A DNA stretch of 64,000 nt from Phyllobates terribilis (lineage: Eukaryota), in contig NW_027362769.1 of assembly GCF_046119375.1 (NCBI RefSeq), forward strand, positions 366,048,001-366,112,000, in the 5' to 3' direction. The notes under the pieces are model-generated. The model did no database searches. It had not been told where the DNA came from and was given only the letters and a program-made list of their open reading frames with translations. Shown here piece by piece: positions 12,522 through 21,532 of the stretch. The first letter of the stretch is position 1, and each line of letters begins with the position of its first letter. The position numbers and the translations under genes are program-made.

Positions 12522-13188
12522 TGACGCGCCCCCTGGGCCAGTGCTGTTTGGGGATTACCCGGAGCCGGATCAGATGGGGGTTGTAGTCTCCGAGTGGGGG
12601 CGACCCGGTCCGTGCCCATGGTGTCAAACTCAGTGTGTGGTACCCTGGGTGCCAACCCTTCACCCTGCTGTTTGTATTCTGGGGTCTTGGGGTTCCTTCT
12701 TCTTCTCTCTGGGTCCTTCTGACTCCTCTCTCTCTCTCTCAGACTTGGCCTTGGAGCTGGGCCCAGCCGGAACCACAACTCCCTGTCAGCCCTTCTGGCT
12801 GAGCTTCTTTGCTCTGCTCCTCTGACTCACTCTACAAAAGACTGACCCTGATCTAAGATGGTGCCCACCTTATATACTCCCTCTATGTGTGAGCTCAGGT
12901 GACCAGCACCCAATGAGCTCCTAGCATTACCCAGACTGCTCCCCCTATCTGCCCCTACACTACTGGGATGTTCCACCCCCCTCCCACTCCAGCCAGGGAC
13001 AGACACTATCGTACCTGCACATATATTGGTGGGAGTACCGTCGATCTGTCCCCCGGAAATGGGATGTATGTAGTGTATGCAGCTATCTGAGCTCAGTTCC
13101 ACACTCCATCCTTACCCGGGAGTGGAATACCACACCTCTGGCTTGAGGTGTAATACCCCTGTAGCAGCCGAGTCCTCAGGGTGCTACA
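12522..13188 (-). mobile_element. 3' LTR (667 bp) with a 575-bp internal deletion
   Basis: Matches 15578-16825 apart from about 5 substitutions, a 6-nt CT-run difference and loss of 15697-16271. Confidence 0.93.
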
Positions 13189-13198
13189 TTCCCCCCTG
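13189..13198 (-). promoter_or_regulatory. Polypurine tract
   Basis: Minus strand CAGGGGGGAA directly before TGTAGCACCC. Confidence 0.88.
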
Positions 13199-13654
13199 GT
13201 AAATCACAGCACGTCCTCGGGCTGTAAGAGAACATAAACATCCACAAACATAAATTTTTTTTCATAAAACATAAACATATAAAACATCATATATTATCAG
13301 CATAAACTTTTCATATAAAGCTTTTCATAAATAACACTCTTGTTCCTCCGGCCACGGTGCAACTTGTGACCGGGTAAAGTGCGATAGTCTCTTGTAGTAA
13401 AAACAACAGTTTCCTATAAACCGGTAGGGGGCGCCTTAGAAAGCGCAACTATATACAAGGGAAGGTATGGCCGCTCTCAGTCCTCGGCCAGGTATCAGGA
13501 AAGGAATGACCGCTCTCAGCCCTCGGTCAGTGGGAATAAGGACACATGGGTTTCAGTTCAATTTGCTGGTCCCAACGGGGACTATATTTTAACTAGCAGC
13601 AGTAACAGTTCTTATACCCTGACGGGTAACTATATACAGTCTCTTTACCGTACT

Positions 13655-15460
13655 TTAATGACGGCGTACTCCTGCTCCTCCTTCAGACCCGTCCGGATCC
13701 TCTTGCTCCTCTTCACACCGTAGCTCCTCCTCCGTCAGCCGGTGTACATGGAGGGCGTAGGGTCCTTTGGCACACTTGTGCCGGGTGAACGTGACCTCGT
13801 CCCCTACATATAGGTCACGACCTCTGTGTCCCTCCGGCAGATGGGACTCCACGTCTCTGCGGGTGACAAAGACGTCGCCGGGGGTGTGATGATCCCTGAT
13901 GAAACCCCAACCGTGCTGCAGTTGGAATTTAATTACAGTCCCGGTGGCACGGGGACAGTGGGCTGCACGGGGGTTCCTCCTGGTCCTGCTCTTCTGCCCT
14001 GCGCTCTGTTCCTGCAGCCGCTGCTCTCGGACCCGCCTCTCTCTTCGCTCGCGGTCAAAGACCTCTAACTGCTGCCGGCAGCACTCCGCACGCTCAGCTG
14101 CGGCTGCCCGAGTCTCTTGGGTGAATCCCATGAGGTCTCCTCCGGTGGGGTCCCACGCAAACTGCGCTTCCTCCAACGAGAGTGGGGTGATCTTAACGGG
14201 CTTCGGAACCGGAATCAGGGGCTCATCTAGGGGTCTTTCTTTCCGGAGTCGGGGATGGTGGAACTCCGGTGGCCACACAAAGGGCTGCCCATCCGGGCAC
14301 GTGTGCTGGGCAAACAAATCTTCACCCAGGTGCGGCACTCTAGATGTTGAGGGCGCGGTGGTGGTGGCGGCGCCCGGGTTCGCCAGGCCTTGCGACCAGG
14401 CCTGGGGTACCCTGAACGTAAAGGGCACCGTGAAGACGGCGGCGCCCGGGGTTACTTGGCCCAGCGACCAGGCCGGTGGCTCAGTGGAGGTAGAGGGCGC
14501 TGTTGGTACTGCGGCGCCCGGGGGTACTAGACCTTGCGACCAGGCCGGTGGTGTTTCCTGCTTTGCCGCGCTCAGGGTTGAGGTGCGTGACGTCACAGGG
14601 GTCGCGGCCGCGGCTTCTGCTTGAGGCCTTGTCTGGAGCGGTGACGATGCAGCGACGGGCACGGCAGGGGGAATTTCGGGCTCTGCGACGGGGAGCTGGG
14701 GCAGGCACGCGGTTTCTCGGCTCGGGGTAGTGACGTCCCCTTTACCTGCCTCCATCTGTTCAGCTCCCTCTTCGGCGCCGTCTCCGGCCTTCACTCCTCC
14801 TGCACCATCCTCAGAGGCGGTCTGTCTCCTCGTCTCGGGTGGCGTGCTTCGCTGGCGGGTTCCAGCCTGCTGGGCCATCTCTCTGCTCCATGCGGCCAGT
14901 ACGTCCCGCTGCACTCGGGCCATCCTCTGAGCCAAGCCCTCCAGTGCGGTCTGTGCACGCTCCCGGTCTCGGGGGAGCTGTGCCAGGATCTCCACCAGGC
15001 CTTCTGGGGTTGTCGCTTGCAACAGGCTCCTGACCACTGGGTCGGTGCTGCCTGCCTCTCCCTCCATCTCCGGGTACGGCTTCTCCGGAGTCCTCTCCAG
15101 ACTTCTTGTCTCCGGGTGCGCTCTCTCCAGACTCCTCCAGGCTGCACCCATCTTCTCTCTCTTGTTCTGTCTCCGCCCACATTGAAGGTGGTCCCGGGGC
15201 AACTTTGTGATTGTCAGTTCCAGGGGCAGTTCTCTCACGCTGATGGACATCTCCAGCATCACAGTCTCCGTTGGTGGGGGCGGTTTCCGCTTTTGGCGCC
15301 ATTCCTTGACCTGGCCCACGATGGGAGGTGACCTCTTGCCACCCTCTGGCACGCCCATAATGGCGTCCGCTCTTCCAAGGCGGGAAATCTTCTGGAAATG
15401 GCGGGAAAAAGCTGCAGATGGCGGGCAACCGGCGGGAAACGATCCGTGATGGCGTCCCAT
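13655..15460 (-). CDS. Intact 601-aa ORF (567 aa from the strong-Kozak ATG at 15358); low-complexity/helical protein with a C-terminal cold-shock (OB-fold) domain at about 13736-13948
   Basis: ATGTVIKFQLQHGWGFIRDHHTPGDVFVT...LYVGDEVTFTRHKCAKGPYALHV aligns by eye to the CSD consensus GTVKWF..KGFGFI....DVFVH...GD.VEF....KGP.A.NV. Confidence 0.85.
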   Translation of the reverse strand: MGRHHGSFPAGCPPSAAFSRHFQKISRLGRADAIMGVPEGGKRSPPIVGQVKEWRQKRKPPPPTETVMLEMSISVRELPLELTITKLPRDHLQCGRRQNKREKMGAAWRSLERAHPETRSLERTPEKPYPEMEGEAGSTDPVVRSLLQATTPEGLVEILAQLPRDRERAQTALEGLAQRMARVQRDVLAAWSREMAQQAGTRQRSTPPETRRQTASEDGAGGVKAGDGAEEGAEQMEAGKGDVTTPSRETACLPQLPVAEPEIPPAVPVAASSPLQTRPQAEAAAATPVTSRTSTLSAAKQETPPAWSQGLVPPGAAVPTAPSTSTEPPAWSLGQVTPGAAVFTVPFTFRVPQAWSQGLANPGAATTTAPSTSRVPHLGEDLFAQHTCPDGQPFVWPPEFHHPRLRKERPLDEPLIPVPKPVKITPLSLEEAQFAWDPTGGDLMGFTQETRAAAAERAECCRQQLEVFDRERRERRVREQRLQEQSAGQKSRTRRNPRAAHCPRATGTVIKFQLQHGWGFIRDHHTPGDVFVTRRDVESHLPEGHRGRDLYVGDEVTFTRHKCAKGPYALHVHRLTEEELRCEEEQEDPDGSEGGAGVRRH

Positions 15461-15554
15461 GGCAGGGACCCTCTGGAACCGGCGGGAAACTTCTTCTTGA
15501 GGTAAATTTGGAACTTTTCTTCAGGCACGCAGTACCCGGTGTTTGCGGGCACGA

Positions 15555-15573
15555 AATCCTGCCGACTACGCCA
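15555..15573 (-). promoter_or_regulatory. Primer binding site, tRNA-Ser
   Basis: Plus strand AATCCTGCCGACTACGCCA equals the 3' end of vertebrate tRNA-Ser with a GTAGTCG acceptor stem (sequence recalled, not looked up); 4-nt spacer to the LTR. Confidence 0.9.
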
Positions 15574-15577
15574 AAGT

Positions 15578-16825
15578 TGACGCGCCCCCTGGGCCAGTGC
15601 TGTTTGGGGATTACCCGGAGCCGGATCAGATGGGGGTTGTAGTCTCCGAGTGGCGGCGACCCGGTCCGTGCCCAGGGTGTCAAACTCAGTGTGTGGCAGT
15701 CTTGATAGATGTTATTGGTGTTCTTAGTGTCGACTATGCCACCCGTTGATTTGCGGTCAAAAGGCCGCCGCTGCAGAAGGGTCCGCTGAGGCTGGTGGTA
15801 TGTGTGCCGCTGTGGTAGTATAACCCCCAACGGGAGGGGTATAGCCTCAGGGGGTCAGATGTAGAGGATGGTGGTTGTGAAGGTGCAGGAGAGCTAAGCA
15901 AGAAGACTCAGAGTCGGGCTGTGCAGTTCAGGGGTTTTTACTTACGGGTGTTCTTATGGTCACTCTGGCCTGAAGCGACCACCCGAGCCGTGCTGCGTCC
16001 ACCAGGTCCTGGACTCGGCCAACCCCCAAGCAATTCTGGAGCGTGGTCCTGAGCTCCTGTCTGACTTTCCCTCTCTTCTGGCCGTTCTCACTAGGGATCC
16101 ACTTATGTCCGGCTCCCTCGGGTCTCTTGGTGGGTACACCTCTTCTGGGTTCCCTGACCCTATACTTGGTATGCCTTCCTAGTGGATTTAGTGAGGGTCG
16201 TGGCAGATCCTGCCCACGACCTCCGGTCTCTGGCTAAGGTGTGCTTTTCTCTCTGCCAGCTTGGGATCCGGTACCCTGGGTGCCAACCCTTCACCCTGCT
16301 GTTTGTATTCTGGGGTCTTGGGGTTCCTTCTTCTTCTCTCTGGGTCCTTCTGACTCCTCTCTCTCTCTCTCTCTCTCAGACTTGGCCTTGGAGCTGGGCC
16401 CAGCCGGAACCACAACTCCCTGTCAGCCCTTCTGGCTGAGCTTCTCTGCTCTGCTCCTCTGACTCACTCTACAAAAGACTGACCCTGATCTAAGATGGTG
16501 CCCACCTTATATACTCCCTCTATGTGTGAGCTCAGATGACCAGCACCCAATGAGCTCCTAGCATTACCCAGACTGCTCCCCCTATCTGCCCCTACACTAC
16601 TGGGATGTTCCACCCCCCTCCCACTCCAGCCAGGGACAGACACTATCGTACCTGCACATATATTGGTGGGAGTACCGTCGATCTGTCCCCCGGAAATGGG
16701 ATGTATGTAGTGTATGCAGCTATCTGAGCTCAGTTCCACACTCCATCCTTACCCGGGAGTGGAATACCACACCTCTGGCTTGAGGTGTAATACCCCTGTA
16801 GCAGCCGAGTCCTCTGGGTGCTACA
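15578..16825 (-). mobile_element. 5' LTR (1248 bp)
   Basis: Minus strand TGTAGCACCC...GGGGGCGCGTCA; TATATAA at 16507-16513; AGTAAA at 15937-15942. Confidence 0.95.
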
Positions 16826-17929
16826 TATATATACTATAGGCACAGACATCCCATATTATACACAGAATAATAGGAGGCTGGTATAATATCCATAGCTAAC
16901 AACCCTCCCCTATTCCCTGGGCCTGTCCCGATTTGAGGGCTCAGTCCCGTCCCGGCTCAGCTCTTCTCCCGGCAGGGGCGTTGCTAGGCACTGGGCTTTT
17001 TTTTTCCAGACATGCAGGCTTTACATGCTGTGTGTGACTCCTTGTAGCTCCGCCTCCCGCTCCCTGCTCCTCCCCGGCATCAGTGCAGAGGAATTCTACT
17101 GTGCAGAGAGACCGCACAGCATGAGGAGGTGAGGGGACAGGGGGCGGGGCCAAGTCTGCGGAGGACATGACAACAAGGTGCTGTCCTGAGGTGAGGGGGG
17201 AGACCCTCAGCCTCTCCCATCTGTAGCTGCTGTTATTACAGGATGGGTGGGGGCTCATGCAAAGTCACCAGCAGCTCTGCAGTCGGGACTAGGGGAGATG
17301 GGAAGGGGATTTAGGGACACTGCAGGGCTGACAGCTCTCCTGCGTACAGCCCATCCTCTGCTGCTGATTGCAAACACCAGGCCCCACCACTGCCACTGGA
17401 GACATGATGGAGAAGAAGTGAATATATACATGTCATGTTGTGCCCGCTGTGTGTATGATGGTTGTGCCCGCTGTGTGTATGATGTGTGTGTGTGATGGTT
17501 GTGACCGCTGTGTGTATGATGTCCGTGTGATAATTGTGACCGTTGTGTGTATGATGTCCGTGTGATAATTGTGCCCGTTGTGTGTATGATGTCTGTGTTA
17601 TGGTTGTGCCCTTTGTGTGTATGATGTCCGTGTGATAATTGTGCCCGTTGTGTGTATGATGTCCGTGTGATGATTGTGCCCGTTGTGTGTATGATGTCCG
17701 TGTGATGATTGTGCCCGTTGTGTGTATGATGTCCGTGTGATGATTGTGCCCGTTGTGTGTATGATGTCCGTGTGATGATTGTGCCCGTTGTGTGTATGAT
17801 GTCTGTGTGATGCTTGTGCCCGTTGTGTGTATGATGTCTGTATGATGTCCGTGTGATGGTTGAGCCCGCTGTGTGTATGATGTCCATGTGATGATTGTGC
17901 CGCTGTGTGTATGATGTGTGTGATGGTCG

Positions 17930-19168
17930 TGACGCGCCCCCAGAGCCGTGGGGTACTCGGCAGCCGGGCCTATGGATGCTGGTGGGGGATATCACGGTGG
18001 CTGGCCCGGTCCGTGGCCCAGGGCGGTCACCAAAAAGGGGGGTAATATTTATAGGGGATTTGTGCAGTGTTCGTGACGCCACCTGTGGAATGCGGCTAAA
18101 GGGAGCCGCCGCTGCGGAGCAGTCCTCTGGAGCTGGTGTTACGGCAGCAGGGATGGTATGGCTCTCCACAGGTAGAGCTTAGCTCCAGGGCAGTGTAGGT
18201 AGTGTAACTTGCTCTGGGCGTTGTAGTGCCAGGAGGCAAGAGGGCGCAGATGAAAGAATGGACGGAGGCAGTACGGTGCAGTCATCTGAGTTTTTACTCA
18301 CAGTTCTTATGACAGTTCCACTGGTGCACTGTACGGGTGCTAGCCTCCCACGTCGCTCTGCATTCACCAGGCAGTGGTTCAGCTCTTCGTCAGGCAGATT
18401 TGAAGCACCTGACAGAACCCCACTTTCTTGTGTTCACGCTGGGTCTTTCTCCCTCCTGCCCTGCGCTTCCCCACTCTCAATCCTGCTCGGGTGCTCTGAA
18501 GTCCCTCCTGTCTTGTTGGAGTTCCCGGACCTGCTTGACCCTCACGGGGATTAGAATGAGGCTTCGGCAACTGACTATATAAGCCAGAAGCCTCCGGTTT
18601 TCCCAGCCGAGACTTAGAGTAACACGGCTGGACCAGGGGCCGGTCCCCTTCTTGCGGCCTACGATCCCTCTGTCTTCTGACAGATTTGGGACGTACGGGT
18701 GCCGTCCTGCACTCGCCGTACTCCCTAGGATCCCTTCTGTAGATCGGAGCCTACTCATCTGCTCCCCTCCTGGGCCTCTAGGACTGGGCCCTACTTGTGG
18801 ATCAGAGCTCCTAAAGAACCTCTGCTCCCAGACTGATTTCCCTCACTCACTGAGCTCTACTGCACTGCCACCCTAAGATGGCTTCCCTTTTTATATACCT
18901 CCTGTAATGGTGCTCCTCTAAACTATTTCCTCCACCCACACCCACTACTGATTCCCCCTACCTCTGGGTCCCCCCCCCACTCCAGCCAGGGACAGGGTTC
19001 AGCTTTGCGAATGCATGTTGCCCCTCCAGCCGGCCTGGAGCAGTGTAGTGTTGAATGTGGGTGTTGGGGTTCCGGGCAGCACTCCCTCCTTACCTGAGAG
19101 AAGGAGATACCACACCTCTGGTTGAGGTGCAGTACCTCTGTGGCGACTGAACCCTCAGGGGCGCCACA
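17930..19168 (-). mobile_element. Solo LTR (1239 bp), related but distinct Gypsy subfamily
   Basis: TGACGCGCCCC...GGGGCGCCACA termini; TATA-like element near 18890; AGTAAA at 18293; target duplication GTCG/GTTG. Confidence 0.88.
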
Positions 19169-20264
19169 GTTGTGCCCGCTGTGTGTGTGATGTGTGTGTG
19201 TGTGTGATGGTTGTGCCTGTTGTGTGTATGATGTCCTTGTGATGGTTGTGCCCCCTGTGTGTATGATGTCTGTGTGATGATTGTGCCCGTTGTGTTTATG
19301 ATGTCCGTGTGATGGTTGTGCCCGCTGTGTGTATGATGTATGTGTGTGATGGTTGTGCTCGTTGTGTGTATGATGTCCGTGTGATGGTTGTGCACGCTGT
19401 GTGTATGATGTCCGTGTGATAGTTATGCTCGCTGTGTGTATGATGTCCGTGTGATGGTTGTGCCCGTTGTGTGAATGATGTCCGTGTGATGGTTGTGCCC
19501 GCTGTGTGTGTGATGGTTGTGCCCGTTATGTGTATGATGTCCATGTGATGGTTGTGCATGCTGTGTGTATGATGTCTGTGTGATTGTTGTGCTCGTTGTG
19601 TGTATGATGTCAGTGTGATGGTTGTGACCGCTGTGTGTATTATGTCCGTGTGATGGCTGTGCCCGCTGTGTGTATGATGTGTGTGTGTGTGATGGTTGTG
19701 CCCGTTGTGTGTATGATGTCCGTGTGATGGTTGTGCCCGCTGTGTGTATGATGTATGTGTGTGATGGTTGCGCTCGTTGTGTGTATGATGTCCGTGTGAT
19801 GGTTGTGCACGCTGTGTGTATGATGTCCGTGTGATAGTTATGCTCGCTGTGTGTATGATGTCCCTGTGATGGTTGTCCCCATTGTGTATACGATGTCCGT
19901 GTGATGGTTGTACCCGCTGTGTGTATGATGTATGTGTGTGATGGTTGTGCTCGTTGTGTGTATGATGTCCGTGTGATAATTATGCTCGCTGTGTGTATAA
20001 TGTCTGTGTGATGGTTCTGCCCGTTGGGTGTATGATGTCCATGTGATGGTTGTGACCCCTGTGTGTATGATGTCCGTGTGATGGTTGTGCCCGCTGTGTG
20101 TATGATGACCGTGTGATGGTTGTGCCCGTTGTGTGTATGATGTTTGTGTGATGATTGTGCCCGTTGTGTTTATGATGTCCCTGTGATGGTTGTGCCCGCT
20201 GTGTGTATGATGTATGTGTGTGATGGTTGTGCCCGTTGTGTGTATGATGTCCATGTGATGGTTG

Positions 20265-21532
20265 AATCATAGAATCATGGAATCATAGAATGGTAGAGTT
20301 GGAAGGGACCTCCTGGGTCATCTGGTCCAACCCCCTGCTCAAAGCAGGATTCACTAGATCATCTCAGACAGATGTCTGTCCAGCCTCTGTTTGAAGACGT
20401 CCATTGAAGGGGAACTCACCACCTCTCGTGGCCGCCTGTTCCACTCATTAATCACCCTAACTGTCAAAAAGTTTTTTCTAATATCTAATCTGTGTCTCCT
20501 CCCATTTAGTTTCATCCCATTGCTTCTAGTCTTTCCTTGTGCAAATGAGAATAAAGATGATCCTTCTACAATGTGACAGCCCTTGACATATTTGTAGACA
20601 GCTATTAAGTCTCCTCTCAGTCTTCTTTTTTGCAAGCTAAACATTCCCAAATCCTGCAACCGTTCCTCATAGGACATGGTTTGCAGACCAGTCACCATTC
20701 TGGTCGCTCTTCTCTGAACTTGCTCCAGTTTGTCTATGTCTTTTTTAAAATGTGGTGCCCAAAACTGTACACAGTATTCCAGATGAGGTCTGACCAAAGA
20801 GGAGTAAAGACCGATAATGACTTCACGTGATCTAGACTGTATGCTTCTGTTAATACATCCCAGAATTGTATTTGCCTTTTTTGCTGCTGCATCACACTGT
20901 TGACTCATGTTCAGTCTATGATCTATTAGTATACCTAAGTCTTTTTCACATGTACTGTTGCATAGCTCTATTCCTCCCATTCTGTATATGCTTTTTTCAT
21001 TTTTATTGCTCAGATGTAGTACTTTGCATTTTTCCCTGTTAAAAACCATTCTGTTGGTTGCTGCCCACTGCTCCAGTTTATTTAGGTCTTTTTGAATCCT
21101 CTCTCTCTCTTCTCTAGAATTAGCTATCCCTCCTAGCTTTGTGTCATCAGGAAATTTAATCAGTTTACCCTCAATTCCTTCATCTAAATCATTGATAAAG
21201 ATGTTGAACAATACAGGTCCCAGGACGGAGCCCTGTGGTACCCCACTTGAGACATTCATCCAGCTGGATGTGAAGCCATTTACAACCACCCTTTGAGTCC
21301 GATCACTAAGCCAGTTATGAATCCACCTAACAGTTGCCTGGTCCATTGCATACTTGGTCATTTTTTCAATAAGGATGGTGTGAGATACTTTGTCAAATGC
21401 TTTGCTGAAGTCAAGATATACTATATCTACAGCATTTCCCTGATCCACCCAGTCAGTGATTCTGTCATAGAAGGAAATTAAGTTAGTCTGACATGACTTG
21501 TTAGTTACAAACCCATGCTGACTCTGGTTAAT
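20265..21532 (-). mobile_element. 5'-truncated CR1 LINE
   Basis: ATTCTATG-type 3' tail at 20265-20291, CR1 3' UTR and RT ORF; flanked by GTTG on both sides. Confidence 0.95.
20354..21526 (-). CDS. CR1 ORF2 reverse transcriptase, 5' partial, frame uninterrupted
   Basis: SQHGF...DIVYLDFSKAFDKVSH, SGVPQGSVLGPVLFNIFINDL, KFPDDTKL (FADD changed to FPDD), RPHLEYCVQFWAP. Confidence 0.92.
   Translation of the reverse strand, partial: QSQHGFVTNKSCQTNLISFYDRITDWVDQGNAVDIVYLDFSKAFDKVSHTILIEKMTKYAMDQATVRWIHNWLSDRTQRVVVNGFTSSWMNVSSGVPQGSVLGPVLFNIFINDLDEGIEGKLIKFPDDTKLGGIANSREERERIQKDLNKLEQWAATNRMVFNREKCKVLHLSNKNEKSIYRMGGIELCNSTCEKDLGILIDHRLNMSQQCDAAAKKANTILGCINRSIQSRSREVIIGLYSSLVRPHLEYCVQFWAPHFKKDIDKLEQVQRRATRMVTGLQTMSYEERLQDLGMFSLQKRRLRGDLIAVYKYVKGCHIVEGSSLFSFAQGKTRSNGMKLNGRRHRLDIRKNFLTVRVINEWNRRPREVVSSPSMDVFKQRLDRHLSEMI

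Larger units (their letters stand above)
12522..16825 (-). mobile_element. Complete non-autonomous (pol-less) Gypsy-type LTR retroelement carrying a cold-shock-domain ORF
   Basis: Two near-identical LTRs, PBS, PPT, 4-bp target duplication TATA (12518-12521 and 16826-16829); no PR/RT/RH/IN motifs seen in the internal region. Confidence 0.93.

Noticed and set aside
12439-13102. Short ORFs repeated at 16188-16739
   Set aside because: Duplicated simply because they lie within the two LTRs
13655-15460. Cold-shock ORF as an env gene or a host YBX retrocopy
   Set aside because: No signal peptide or transmembrane segment seen; similarity to YBX is limited to the CSD core and is too divergent for a recent retrocopy
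15555-15573. tRNA-Ser gene
   Set aside because: Only the 3' 19 nt including CCA are present, next to an LTR, so it is a PBS
14811-15830. 339-aa overlapping minus-strand ORF as a second gene
   Set aside because: Starts inside U5, crosses the PBS and has no recognisable motif; likely a GC-rich alternative frame, though not excluded
16973-17398. hAT MITE starting CAGGGGCGTTGC
   Set aside because: The right end is ambiguous and the 8-bp flanks do not match
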